A stretch of 64,000 nt of DNA from assembly GCA_963841435.1 (NCBI GenBank), contig CAWJCS010000005.1, forward strand, positions 1,504,001-1,568,000. Reading direction: 5' to 3'. This DNA comes from an uncultured delta proteobacterium. Its GTDB lineage: Bacteria; Myxococcota_A; Polyangia; Polyangiales; Polyangiaceae. Shown here piece by piece: positions 37,978-48,764 of this stretch (position 1 is the stretch's first letter; the number at the start of each line of letters is the position of its first letter). Made by a program: the position numbers and the translations under genes. Below the pieces are notes generated by a model. The model was not told the DNA's origin and did not search any database. It worked only from the letters and a program-made list of their open reading frames with translations.

Positions 37978-38232
37978 TCAGGCGGCCGAGTGTCGCGTGG
38001 CGGCGGCGCTCCCGGCGGATCGGCGCGTCGTTGCCGGCGCGGGCGGATCGTCGGCAAGGAGCACGAGGAGCTCCCGTAGCTCCTCCGCGGAGCGCATCTC
38101 CGTGTCGAGGGCGAGCAGGGCGTGGTCGGTGCAGAGCAGCACGTCCTGGTGCCCCAGCATGACGCCGATAAGCTTTGCGTTCCGCGGGGTATGTTCGCAA
38201 GCTTCGCAGTGCTGGCGCATGGCGAACACCAT
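37978..38232 (-). CDS. Small hypothetical protein, possible Zn binder
   Basis: CEAC...LCTDH; fills the gap between neighbouring genes. Start may be ATG 38220. Confidence 0.5.
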   Translation of the reverse strand: MVFAMRQHCEACEHTPRNAKLIGVMLGHQDVLLCTDHALLALDTEMRSAEELRELLVLLADDPPAPATTRRSAGSAAATRHSAA

Positions 38233-38357
38233 GGGGGCCGGTCTGGCCGGGGGCCGAAATTTTCGTCGGGCGACAGCCCAATTTCGGCGGCGTTTCGCCC
38301 GGGCTCGACCGGCCGCAGAGGGCGTGTTACTTCCTGCCCCCCCTGCCGAGGACGACG

Positions 38358-38471
38358 ATGTATCTCGCCACCAAGAACAAGCCCAGGAAGACCGACCGCA
38401 AGCGTTCCGCCCGCTTCCGTGCGGAGGTCAAGGCGAAGAACAAGCGCCGCCGCCAGGGCCTGAAGAAGTAG
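38358..38471 (+). CDS. Very small, highly basic protein (37 aa)
   Basis: GAGGA RBS 5 nt before ATG. Sequence MYLATKNKPRKTDRKRSARFRAEVKAKNKRRRQGLKK; nearly all third codon positions are G/C. Confidence 0.65.
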   Translation: MYLATKNKPRKTDRKRSARFRAEVKAKNKRRRQGLKK

Positions 38472-38525
38472 CGCGTACCCGCGCTGGCAAGCTGGAGCTC
38501 GGGTTCGGCCCCCCGCACGGGCCGT

Positions 38526-39044
38526 TCAGAAGTCGTCGTCGCGTCCGTGACCGAGCGCACGCACCGCCACGTCGTGGTCGAAACCTGCGCGCGCGAGCGT
38601 CGCGAGGTCCTTGCGACGATACTCCGCACGCTCGGCCTCCGGTCGCAACGGGCCGAGCCGGCGCCGCTTGACGAGAGCACGCGCCGCTTCGAGCTCGGAA
38701 GCCGTTTCCTTGGGGACGGCGCCGTCGGCGATGGCGCTCGGGATGCCCCGCAACCGCAGCCGTTGCACGATGGCACGCCGTGAAGCGCCGCGCTCCTTCA
38801 AGCGCGCCGTGAGCTGCGCGGCGAAGCGCCCGTCGTCGAGCAAGCCGGACGCCTGGTAGCGCTGGAGCAGGGCGTCACGGTGGCGAACGAGCTCGCCCTC
38901 GTCGCCGCCGCGGCGCCGCATCAACGTGCCGAGATGGCGGCGCAGTTTCTCCGTCGAACAGTCGAAACGATCGAGATAGCGGAGCGCCGCTTCTTCGAGC
39001 TCGGCCGGTGAGAGCGGCCCGGCCGGCTTGCGCTTGACGGTCAC
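38526..39044 (-). CDS. recX: Regulatory protein RecX
   Basis: ALRYL...[24 protein letters not shown] and LARAGF. Confidence 0.88.
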   Translation of the reverse strand: MTVKRKPAGPLSPAELEEAALRYLDRFDCSTEKLRRHLGTLMRRRGGDEGELVRHRDALLQRYQASGLLDDGRFAAQLTARLKERGASRRAIVQRLRLRGIPSAIADGAVPKETASELEAARALVKRRRLGPLRPEAERAEYRRKDLATLARAGFDHDVAVRALGHGRDDDF

Positions 39045-39628
39045 CCGCCGCGGCGGAGCTCGTTCAATACGAGCCGGCTGACGGCCTTGAGCGTGTCGAA
39101 CACCCCGACGCCCGAGCGTGCGTTGGCCTCGAAATCGGGCACGCCCGTGGGGTTGATGAGCGAGCGCAGCTCCTCCACCGTCACGACGTTCGGCAGGTCG
39201 CGCTTGTTGTACTGAATGACGTACGGGATTTTTTCGAGCGAGTAGCCTTGTTCGGCGAGGTTCGTGCGCAGGTTCTCGACGCTCTCCTGGTTCGCCTCGA
39301 GGCGCTCCATCTGCGAGTCGGCGACGAAGATGACTCCGTCGACGCCCTTCAGGATCAGCTTGCGGCTTGCGTCGTAAAAGACCTGCCCGGGCACCGTGTA
39401 GAGATGGAAGCGGGTCTTGAAACCGCGGATCTCACCGAGCGACAGCGGCAAGAAGTCGAAGAACAGCGTGCGCTCCGTCTCCGTCGCGAGGCTGATCATC
39501 TTGCCCTTCGCCTCGGGGTTGGTGCGCTCGTAGATGTACTGAAGATTCGTGGTTTTGCCGCACAGCCCGGGACCGTAGTAGACGATCTTGCAGTTGATCT
39601 CCCGGGCCATGTAGTTGATGAAGCTCAT
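39041..39628 (-). CDS. mglA: Mutual gliding-motility GTPase MglA
   Basis: [44 protein letters not shown] and NKRD. Confidence 0.98.
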   Translation of the reverse strand: MSFINYMAREINCKIVYYGPGLCGKTTNLQYIYERTNPEAKGKMISLATETERTLFFDFLPLSLGEIRGFKTRFHLYTVPGQVFYDASRKLILKGVDGVIFVADSQMERLEANQESVENLRTNLAEQGYSLEKIPYVIQYNKRDLPNVVTVEELRSLINPTGVPDFEANARSGVGVFDTLKAVSRLVLNELRRGG

Positions 39629-39683
39629 CGCCCTGGATCCTCAGCGTTGGGTGCGTAGGGGGTCGCGCGCCGACGTTGCATGC

Positions 39684-40169
39684 TCAGTCGTTGAACAGAT
39701 TGTCGATGTCTTCGTCGGTGATCTCGGCGAAAGGCGAGTCCCCGCCCGGCTCCTGCACCTTGCTGAGCAGCGCTTCGAAGATGCGGTTCAGCTCGTCACT
39801 GGCCTTGCGGACACGCAAGCGAACCAGGCCCAGGCTCGACTTGGAATCGAAGATCACCACCAGGATGACGCGATTGCCCACCAGCTGGATGTGGATGTTC
39901 GCTTTTTCGCCCTCGTGAAACTGGGTCGCAAACTCATTCTCGCGCAGGAGCTTCGCGATGCCGCCCGTCGCCGCGATGTTGCCCGCCGTGAGCGAGGCGA
40001 GGGACGTGGTGTCGATATTGTCCACCTCGCCGCTAGCGGCGATGAGCTGCCCGTTCTTGTCGACGATGAAGACGACCTTGGCGTTCGCTTCCCGAACCAG
40101 GCGGTCCACGACCGTTTGGATCTGGTTGAACTCCTCTTCGTACATCACCATCTGTGGATTGACCATCAC
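39684..40169 (-). CDS. mglB: Roadblock-domain MglA GAP, MglB
   Basis: MYEEEF, DKNGQLI, DTTSLASLTAGN, LGLVRLR and C-terminal SPFAEITDEDIDNLF. Confidence 0.97.
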   Translation of the reverse strand: MMVNPQMVMYEEEFNQIQTVVDRLVREANAKVVFIVDKNGQLIAASGEVDNIDTTSLASLTAGNIAATGGIAKLLRENEFATQFHEGEKANIHIQLVGNRVILVVIFDSKSSLGLVRLRVRKASDELNRIFEALLSKVQEPGGDSPFAEITDEDIDNLFND

Positions 40170-40551
40170 GCCTCCACCAAAGCCCGGGGTGCGCCCGCGG
40201 CGCCCCGTGCCTCAGGGTCAGGCCCGGTCTCTTTGGGCGGACCGGGGTGCTCCGATCGCGCGGAGCTCGTCATCTCGTCGTGTTTCTAAAGCGAGGAACA
40301 CTTGTAACTGACCGCCCACGGGCGGACAAGGCCCGCATCGCCCCGAGCGCTCGACGGGCCTGCCGCACGCCCGCCAACCCACCCCATCCGCAGCGCTCGG
40401 CGCCCGCTCGAGGTGGCCAGGAGCGCCGCGCATCGGTGATCCGGGCCCGTGGAACCGGGTGACGGCCGTCCGGCCTCTGTTTCGAGCGGGTGGCCGCCCG
40501 ACCTTTCCGATTTGCTCGAAGCCCGCCTGGCGGTACGAGGACAGACCGCCC

Positions 40552-43500
40552 GTGAAGCTCCGTCTCGCCGCGCTCTGCCTCGGGCTCCTCGCCGTCTCCG
40601 AGACCTCCCGAGCCGCTCCGGCACCGTTTCACCCCGACCTCGTGACGCGCGTCGCCGAGCTCGGTGCGGCCCGCGGACCCGAGGCGTACGCGGCCGTTCG
40701 CCGCATCTGGTCGAGCTGGGACCGCGCGTCGCCGGAGCACGTCGAGGAAGCACTGCTCGCGGCGACGCGAGACGAAAAGCTCACGCCGCCCGTCCGCGCG
40801 TACGCATCCGTGCTCGCCGCGCTTTCGCGCATGCGCCGAGGAGACCTCGAGGGCGGCGCGCGCAGTGTCCGCGCGCTCGGCTACGTCGATCGCTGGCTCG
40901 TCATCGGGCCGTTCGACAACGAAGGCAAGGCGGGCCTCGACACGGCGTACGGCCCCGAGCTCACGCTCGACCAGCCGATCGTGCCGGGCCGCGCCGAATC
41001 GGGCAAGGAACGCCCCGTGCGCTGGCGCGGCGTGCCGCACGAATTCTCGCACGGCTTCGTCCACTTCGGCTCGCTCATGCGGCCGGAGAAGAAGATTTGC
41101 GCCTACGCGACGACCTTCGTGCGCGCGCTGCCGGGGACGAAAGCGCCCCGCAGCGTGAGCGCCTGGGTCGGCGCCGCCGGCGCGTTCAAGGCGTTCTGGA
41201 ACGGCAGCGAGGTCCTCGATTCGAAGACCTACGCCAGCCATGATTTCGATCGCTACGGCGTTCGCCTCGAGCTCGACGACGGAACGAACGCCCTCACGGT
41301 GAAGGTGTGCGGCGAGGACAACGCGCCCGTACTTTCGGTCCGCTTCGGCGACGCCGTGGGCGCGCCCGAGCACGGCCTCGAGTTCGGCAACGACCCCGCA
41401 GCGAGCGCCGACGCATCCGCGCTCGTCCACCGGCTGGGGCAGAAGGGACACGAGCCGCCCCGCGGTCGCCCGCTACTCGGCCCGATGCAGGCTTTCGAAG
41501 CCGAGATGAGCGCGAAGACCGTGAGCGCCCGCGCGCTCGAAGGGTACGCCCGCTACCTCTACGAAACGGACGGCGACGATCCCGCCGTCCACCTCGCTCG
41601 GGACCTGTCCCTGCGCGCCGCCGAAAAGGAGCCGAGCGTCCGGCGCTACCTGCTCGCCGCGTCGCTCGCCGAGGATCACAACCACAAGAAGGACCTCATC
41701 GACGAGGCGGAGGCGCTCGTTCCCGCCGGCACCACGGACCCCGACGTGCTGCTCGCTCGAGCGCTCGAGCGGCGCGAGAGTCCGAGCTTTCAGGAAGCCT
41801 TCCCCTATTTCGATCGGCTGCTCGCCATCGATCCCGACAACGTCGCCGCGATCCAGGGCCGCGTCGAGCTTTACAACATGGCGGGTCTGCCGCGTACCGC
41901 GCTCGCAACGCTGAGCGCGGCGCTCGAGCGCAATCCGAACGCCGTGAACCTCCTGAACCTCTACGCGTCGGAGCTCCGGCTGCTCGGGCGCGACACCGAA
42001 GCCACCGAGGTCGAGGCCCGTTACAGCGGGCTGCGTTTCGACGACGGCACCTTCCTCGGCCGTATGCTGGGGCTCGCCGTGGCCCGCCGGGAGCGACCGG
42101 CGGCGGAGCATTGGGCCGAGCGCCTCGTGGGCTCGCACCCCGGCGATCTCTGGGCGCTCAACGCATCGGCACGCGCCTACCGCGCCCTCGGCCAGACCGA
42201 GCGCGCCATCGCCACGTACCAGCGCTCGCTGGAGCTCGCCCCCGAGGACACCGGCACGCTGCGCACGCTCGCAAACCTCTACGGCGAGCTCGGCCGCACC
42301 GACGCGGAGCTCGCGCTCCTGCGCGAGATTTTGCGCCTTCGCCCCCAGGATAAGGCCGTGCGCGAGTACGTCGAGCACGTCGAGCCGAAGCGGCCGCGCC
42401 CCGACGAAGCGTACGCGTGGGGCCCCGAGCGCTTCCTGCCGCTCCGGCACGCCCCGGCGCGCGGCGAGAACCGGCGCACGCTGCGCGACCTCACGGTTTC
42501 GACGGTGTTCGACAACGGGCTTTCCAGCAAGTACCGCCAGATCGTCTTCCAGCCGCTCACGGACTCGGCGGCCGCGGCCGCGCGCCAGCACGCGTTCGTG
42601 TACGAGGCCGATCAGCAGGTGGTCGAGCTGCAGGGGCGCCAAGGTCTACCGCGCCAGCGGGCGCATCGACGAGGCGATCGAATCCGGCGAGGGTCCAGCC
42701 GACGATCCAACGGTGTCGATGTACACGTCGAGCCGCGCCTTCTACGTGCAGTTCCCGCGCCTCGAAGCGGGCGACGTCGTGGAGCTCCGCTACCGCATCG
42801 ACGACGTGACGCCCCGCAACGAGTTCAACGACTATTTCGGCGAAATCACCACACTGCAGAGCGACGAGCCGACCGAGAACGCCGAATACGTCGTCATCGC
42901 ACCGAAGAGCCGCCCGCTCTATTTCGACGCCCAGGTCCCAGGGCTCACGCAGTCGTCCGTCGAGCGCGGCGACCAGCGCTTTCTGCGCTTCTTTTCGCCG
43001 TCCGTGCCGGCCCTCGATGCCGAGCCCGCGATGCCGCCCGCGCAGGAGCTGCTCGGTTTCGTGCACGTCTCCACCTACAAGACCTGGGACGACCTCGGCC
43101 GCTGGTACTACGGCCTCATCAAGGACCAGTTCGACCTCGACGACGAGACGCGCAAGCTCGCGAAGAACATCGCGGGTAGCGCGAAGACCGAGCGCGAGAA
43201 GGTGGAGGCCGTCTACGACTGGGTCACGAAGAACACGCGCTACGTGGCGCTCGAGTTCGGCATCTACGGCTACAAGCCGCGGCGCTGCGTCCAGACGGTC
43301 ACGCGCGGCTGGGGCGACTGCAAGGACAAGGCGACCGTGCTCGTGACGCTGCTCAAGGAGCTCGGCATCCCGGCGACGCTCGTCGTCGTACGCACCCAGT
43401 TCAAGGGCGCCCTTCGCTCGAAGATCCCGAGCTTCGCCCCGTTCGACCACGCCATCGCCTACGTCCCTTCGCTCGATCTCTATCTCGACGGCACCGCGGA

Positions 43501-44246
43501 GCACACGGGCATCGACGAGCTGCCGCGCGCCGACATCGGAGCGCTCGGACTGCGCGTCAACGAGGGCAAGGCCCAGCTCGTGACCCTGCCGATTCCGGGG
43601 CCGGAAAAGAACTACGTCGAGCGCGAGGTCCACGCACGCGTGCAGAAGAACGGCGACTCGAAGCTTTCGCTCGACTACAACGCGCGGGGCTACTCGGCCG
43701 CGCAGTGGCGCCGCGAATACCACGCCGAGGCGGTGCTGCGGGAGCGGCTCAGCCACGACCTCGGCGGTGAGCTCCCCGGCTTCGTGATCGCCCCAGGCGC
43801 GCAGGGCATCCAGACGAGCGACCTCGACGACGCCCGCACGCCCGTCCAGATCCACGTCGAGGGTAGCGCCTCGAGCTTCGCCCGTCGCGAGGGCGATCGG
43901 CTCTCGATGGCGGTCACCAATCCGTTCCGCATGGTCGAAAACTTCGCCTCACTCTCGCAACGCAAGCAGGACGTTCTGGACGCTGGGCTTCACCGAGCTC
44001 CGCGATACCTTCATGATCGAGCTGCCGACGGGCGCTCGCGTGGTCTCTGCGCCCGTGAGCGCCGAGGGTAAGAGCCGCTTCGGCTGGTTTTCGATCGTCG
44101 TTGACCGACAAGGGGACCGCATGACGGTCAAGAGCCGCTACGGGCTCGGAGTGCCGCGCGTGGCCCCCAAGGACTACCCGGCGTTCCGTCGCTTCTGCGA
44201 GGACGTGGATCGCGCCATGAGCCCGCGGCTGGTGATCGAGCCATGA
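40552..44246 (+). CDS. Large secreted TPR + DUF3857 + transglutaminase-like + DUF3858 protein; two +1 frameshifts (about 42634 and 43978)
   Basis: GAGGA RBS then GTG 40552 and a signal peptide; TPR helices; FPRLEAGDVVELRY (DUF3857); triad GDCKD / FDHAI / LYLDGT. The protein runs across ORFs 40459, 42713 and 44013. Confidence 0.85.
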
Positions 44247-47200
44247 CGCTGGGCAGGCAGCGCGCCCGCCGCGCGGTCTGGGCGCGCCTGGCGGTTCTCG
44301 CCGGCCTCGCGCTGGCACCGGCGTGCGCGACCGAGAAACCCGCCCACGGACCGCCAGTCGCCGCGCTGCGGGGCGAGGGTTCGGCGTCCAAAGATCCGGA
44401 GCTCGTGGGCCGCTGGCTGCTCGGCGAGCTCGTGTCGCCCGGCGGCGATCCCAAACAGGCCGAGTCGGCACGCCGAAGGCTCGACTCGCTCGGTGGCCAC
44501 GGCTTGCTCGCGAGCCTTGCGCGGGGCCTCGACGACGCGGCGCACGGGCGATTGAGCCGCGTCTCGGAGGAATACCTCGAAGCCCTGGTGGCGGCGCGCG
44601 ACTCCCGCGACCCGCGGGCACCGATCTTCGCCTGGCTCGCCGCCCACGACGCCGCCGGGTATCGCCACGCCGCTCCCGGATTCTGGGAGAAGAAGAAGGC
44701 GACGGTCGAAGGGCTGCTCCGCGCGCCCGGCAAGATCGGCTGGCGCGCACGGCTCGAGCTGGCGGAGTGGTGGGCGATGGAAACGCGGGCCGCGGCCGTC
44801 AACGATGCGGACGAGCTCGCTGCCCGCCAGCAAGGCTGCGTCACGCCCGTGCGCCTCGCGGGCGCGTTCGGGCGCGACGCCGCGCGCGACGCGCTTCGGT
44901 CGTTTCCGCCCGAGTCGCCAGGCGCCTGGCCTGCGCGCTGGGAGCCGGACCCGGACGTGGGCAACGCGCCCCATGTCCTCGAGTCGAAGACCCAAGGCTG
45001 CCGAGTGACGGCCGACGAGCCCCCGTCGAGCGGCATCTACTACGCGGAGACGTTCGTCGACGTCGAGGAGCCCGTCGAGCTCTTGGTCGCGGTGCAGGGG
45101 GCGCTCGTCGTGTGGGTTGACGACCGACCGGTCGTCGTGCGCGACGTCCGGCGCTGGGGCTCGTGGCTCGAATTCGGCTCTCGCGTCACGTTCTCGCGCG
45201 GCCGCCATCGCCTGCTCGCCAAGCTCGGCGCTCCGACGACGTCCGTGCGGCTGATGTTCCCCGACGGGCGACCTTACGGCCGCCCGGGCAGCACCGACGC
45301 GACCACGCCGTACGTGCTCGCGCAGCCGGCGCGCGTCACCTCGGAAAACCCGCTCGATCCATGGGTGCACGGCGGCAAGGTCGTCGACGAAGGCGATGAT
45401 CTCGTGCGCTTCTTCGGCGCGCGGGCCGCGCAGATCGACGATCAGTCCGACGTGGCGGCGGTCCTGAGCGGCCCGCTAGTCCGCGAGCCGACGCGCGCCA
45501 CCGGCCTCTCGCTCGCGGTCGCCGCGCTCTTCTCGGAATCGGACCCGATCTTCGCCGACAGCCAGCAGCGCGATCTGTCCCGCGAGCTCGGCGAGCGCGC
45601 CCAGACACGCGACCCGCACCTCTGGCAGCCACGCCTCGCCATCGCGAGCTCGCTCAAGGAACGCAGCGGTCCGATCGAAGCGGCGCGCGCCGTCGCCGAG
45701 CTCGTCGACGAGTTTCCGGAGGTCCCCGCCGTGCTGAGCGAGCTCGCGCAGCTCTACCGCGAGCTCGGCTGGAGCGCCGAGTACGGGCGCGCGGCGCGCA
45801 CCATCGCCAAGCGCTTCTCCGACGATCCGTCGGCGCTGGAGATCGCGGTGGCGGTGTTCGACGAGCAGGGCGAGCCCGAAAAGGCCGAGGCGCTCGCGAA
45901 GCGCATCCAGAAGCTCGATCCGGACAACGAGATCGTGCTGTCACGCGCTCTCGAACGCGACGACTACACGGCGGCGCTCGCGGAGCTCGAGCGGCTCGCC
46001 AAGCGGCGGCCGGACCGCAAGGACATCGCCGAGCGCATCCACGACGTGATGGTGCGATCCGGTAACCAGGCCGAGTCGTGGAAGAAGCTCGAAGCCGCGA
46101 TCGAAAAGGACCCGCGCGATGACGACCCGCGGCTCGCACTCGCCGATCTGCGCTACGCCTCCGGTGATCGGCAGGCGCTCGTCGCGGCCGTCGTGGACTC
46201 GGTACGCAGCGGGGCGCCCACGGGCCGCCTCGAGACGGCGCTCGATCTGGTCGAGGGGGCGACCGAGCTCGAGCCGTACCGCATCGACACGGAGGCGGCG
46301 ATTCGCGAATTCGAGAGCCAGAAGGAGCCGCTCAGCGGCACCGCGGCGCGCGTGCTCGACTATTCCGCCGTGTGGGTCAAGAGCGACGGCTCGAGCCGCC
46401 TTTTGGAGCACGAGATCGTACGCGTGCAGAGCGCCGAAGCCATCGGCGAAATGGCGGAGCAGCCGCTCAGGGAAGGCGTGTTCCTCAAGCTGCGCGTGCG
46501 TAAACAGGACGGCAGCGTGCTCGAGCCGGAGCTCGTGGCGGGCAAGCCCACGGTCACGATGCCGCACCTCGAAGTGGGCGACTACATCGAGACGGAGCGC
46601 ATCGAGAGCTCGCCGGGCGACGGCCGGCACGGGCTACGCTGGGTTGGCCCGCGCTGGTTCTTCCGCGAGGAGAATGTCGCCTACGCGCGCAGCGAGTTCG
46701 TCGTCATCTCGCCGAAGAATCGCCCGCTGCAGATCGAGACCAAGAACCAGGTGCCACCGCCCCAGACGACCGAGCGCGACGGGCTCGTCGTGCGGCGCTG
46801 GCGCGTCGACCGGAGCGAAGCGGCGCCCGTGGAGCCGTTCGGCGCGCCGATCACCGAGTTTTTGCCCAGCGTGCAGGTGGGCTGGGGCGTCTCGCTCGAC
46901 GCGACGCTCCGCTCGCTCGCCGACAGCGCCGACGACCTCACCCCGATCGACCCGCGCGTCCGGCGCGTCGCTGAGCGCATCGTGGAGCCCCTACCGCCGA
47001 GCGCGCAGGCCGACCGGGCGCGGCGCCTCTATCACTGGATCACGGCGAACGTCGAAGAGGGCAACGAGGTCGACGGGCGGCGCGTCGTGATGGGCAAGAA
47101 CGGCAATCTCTGGCGGGGATACCTCGTGCTCTGCCGCGCGCTCGGCATCCCCGCCGATTACGCCGTCGTGCAGAACCGGCTCACGCTCGCTCCCACGGGC

Positions 47201-48028
47201 CCGTTCTCCGCGGCGACCGTGTACACGCAGCCACTGCTCCGCGTGAAGACCGAAAAGGGCGACACCTGGCTCACGCTCGGTAGCAAGCACGCGCCCTTCG
47301 GCTACGTGCCCGCCGACGCACGAGGCATGCCGGCCGTCGTGTTCTCGGGCGGAGAGGTGAAGAAGACTACGACGCCCGCCGCCGGAGCGCTCGATCACGC
47401 AGCAACGGACGGCACGGTCGAGCTCGCCGCCGACGGCTCGGCCACGCTGAAGCTCGTGCAGACGTTCCACGGAAAGTACGCGACGGGCCTGCGCGGCGCG
47501 CTCTCCCAGCTCCCCGAACGTCAGATCCGCGACGCCATCGAGACGCGCCTGCTCGGTGGCCCGCTGCGCGGCGCCGAGCTCCTCGACTATCACATCGACG
47601 GCGTCGCCGATCCCGACGCGCCGATTCGCATCACCACCCACTCGAAGAGCCGCACCTTCGCGCAGGCGGTGGGCGGCGTCTTGATCATCCAGCCGCCGGG
47701 TTTCGGTCCGCGCCTCGGTCAGATGGCGACCCTCGCGACGCGCCAGACTCCGCTCATCGTGGTCGACTCGATCTCGCAGAGCGTCAAGCTCACGCTCCAG
47801 CTGCCGAAGGGCGCCGCGCTCGAGACCGCGCCCAAGCAGCGCCACATCACCAACGCCGAACGTCGCGTTGACGTGCTCGACGCCGCCAAGGGCTCGACCC
47901 TCGTGCTCGACCGGCGCGTCTCGCTCCCAGCGGGGCGCGTGCAGCCGGCGGCCTATCCGGCGTTTCTCGAGTTCACGCGCCGCGCCGACGAAGCAACGTC
48001 CGGCAGCTTCCGCGTACGGCTTCGCTGA
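44243..48028 (+). CDS. Large TPR + DUF3857 + degenerate transglutaminase-like lipoprotein
   Basis: Lipobox APAC; TPRs; MPHLEVGDYIE; PFGYVP. The catalytic positions are replaced (GNLWR, TQPLL, WLTLG). ATGA overlap with the previous gene. Confidence 0.85.
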   Translation: MTLGRQRARRAVWARLAVLAGLALAPACATEKPAHGPPVAALRGEGSASKDPELVGRWLLGELVSPGGDPKQAESARRRLDSLGGHGLLASLARGLDDAAHGRLSRVSEEYLEALVAARDSRDPRAPIFAWLAAHDAAGYRHAAPGFWEKKKATVEGLLRAPGKIGWRARLELAEWWAMETRAAAVNDADELAARQQGCVTPVRLAGAFGRDAARDALRSFPPESPGAWPARWEPDPDVGNAPHVLESKTQGCRVTADEPPSSGIYYAETFVDVEEPVELLVAVQGALVVWVDDRPVVVRDVRRWGSWLEFGSRVTFSRGRHRLLAKLGAPTTSVRLMFPDGRPYGRPGSTDATTPYVLAQPARVTSENPLDPWVHGGKVVDEGDDLVRFFGARAAQIDDQSDVAAVLSGPLVREPTRATGLSLAVAALFSESDPIFADSQQRDLSRELGERAQTRDPHLWQPRLAIASSLKERSGPIEAARAVAELVDEFPEVPAVLSELAQLYRELGWSAEYGRAARTIAKRFSDDPSALEIAVAVFDEQGEPEKAEALAKRIQKLDPDNEIVLSRALERDDYTAALAELERLAKRRPDRKDIAERIHDVMVRSGNQAESWKKLEAAIEKDPRDDDPRLALADLRYASGDRQALVAAVVDSVRSGAPTGRLETALDLVEGATELEPYRIDTEAAIREFESQKEPLSGTAARVLDYSAVWVKSDGSSRLLEHEIVRVQSAEAIGEMAEQPLREGVFLKLRVRKQDGSVLEPELVAGKPTVTMPHLEVGDYIETERIESSPGDGRHGLRWVGPRWFFREENVAYARSEFVVISPKNRPLQIETKNQVPPPQTTERDGLVVRRWRVDRSEAAPVEPFGAPITEFLPSVQVGWGVSLDATLRSLADSADDLTPIDPRVRRVAERIVEPLPPSAQADRARRLYHWITANVEEGNEVDGRRVVMGKNGNLWRGYLVLCRALGIPADYAVVQNRLTLAPTGPFSAATVYTQPLLRVKTEKGDTWLTLGSKHAPFGYVPADARGMPAVVFSGGEVKKTTTPAAGALDHAATDGTVELAADGSATLKLVQTFHGKYATGLRGALSQLPERQIRDAIETRLLGGPLRGAELLDYHIDGVADPDAPIRITTHSKSRTFAQAVGGVLIIQPPGFGPRLGQMATLATRQTPLIVVDSISQSVKLTLQLPKGAALETAPKQRHITNAERRVDVLDAAKGSTLVLDRRVSLPAGRVQPAAYPAFLEFTRRADEATSGSFRVRLR

Positions 48029-48040
48029 CCGAGCGCCGCT

Positions 48041-48703
48041 CTACTTCGAGCTCTTGCGCATCGATTCGTCGGCTTCCTTGATACGCTTCTCGATGCGAGC
48101 CTTGACCTCCGCCGCATCGGCCGAGATCTTCTTCCAGTCCTCCGCGCGCTTGATGCGATCCGCCGCGGTCGCGGGATAGCCGCGGGCCTCCGGCTGAGAC
48201 TGGACGTGCTGCTGGTACTCCTTCCAGCGAGCGACGCTCTCGTCGTAGGTCTTCGCGCGCTCCTTGAGGTCGGCCAGCACGAACAAGATCTTGCTGCGGA
48301 AGGCTTGATCGTTACCAACGAAACGCAGCGCGGCCTGCCAGGACTGCTCGGCCTCGTCGAGATCACCCTTGGCGAGCTGCGCCGAGCCGAGCCGATAGTG
48401 GCCAAGGGCCGCATCGGGGTGCTTCTCGACCTCTTTCCGGTACGCCGCGATGGCGCCGTCGAAGTCGCGCGCGAGGTACGCGCTGTCGCCCTTTTGCACG
48501 GCCTCCGAGTAGGGGCTCGGACCGGCGGGTGCAGCGGGCGCCTTCGTGGTGGCGGGCGCGGCGCTGGCGGGCGCGGCGCTGGCGGGCGCGGCGGCGGCCG
48601 GCGCGGCAGGGGGCGGCGTGGCGGGCGCCTGCGCTAGCGCCGATGCGCTCACGAGAACACCGAGCGCGACGACCACAGGCGAAAACGACTGCGAGCGCTT
48701 CAT
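48041..48703 (-). CDS. Secreted TPR protein with Pro/Ala-rich linker
   Basis: Signal peptide ending ALA; TPR motifs DFDGAIAAY and GHYRLGSAQL. Start ATG 48703. Confidence 0.82.
   Translation of the reverse strand: MKRSQSFSPVVVALGVLVSASALAQAPATPPPAAPAAAAPASAAPASAAPATTKAPAAPAGPSPYSEAVQKGDSAYLARDFDGAIAAYRKEVEKHPDAALGHYRLGSAQLAKGDLDEAEQSWQAALRFVGNDQAFRSKILFVLADLKERAKTYDESVARWKEYQQHVQSQPEARGYPATAADRIKRAEDWKKISADAAEVKARIEKRIKEADESMRKSSK
48550..48593. repeat. 15-bp coding tandem repeat, about 2.9 copies
   Basis: TGGCGGGCGCGGCGC repeated; encodes APASA units in the TPR protein linker. Confidence 0.7.
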
Positions 48704-48764
48704 GAAAGCGACGCTAGCACGGCTCGCCAGGGCACCGAAGCCCAGCGTGGTATGCCTCGAATCC

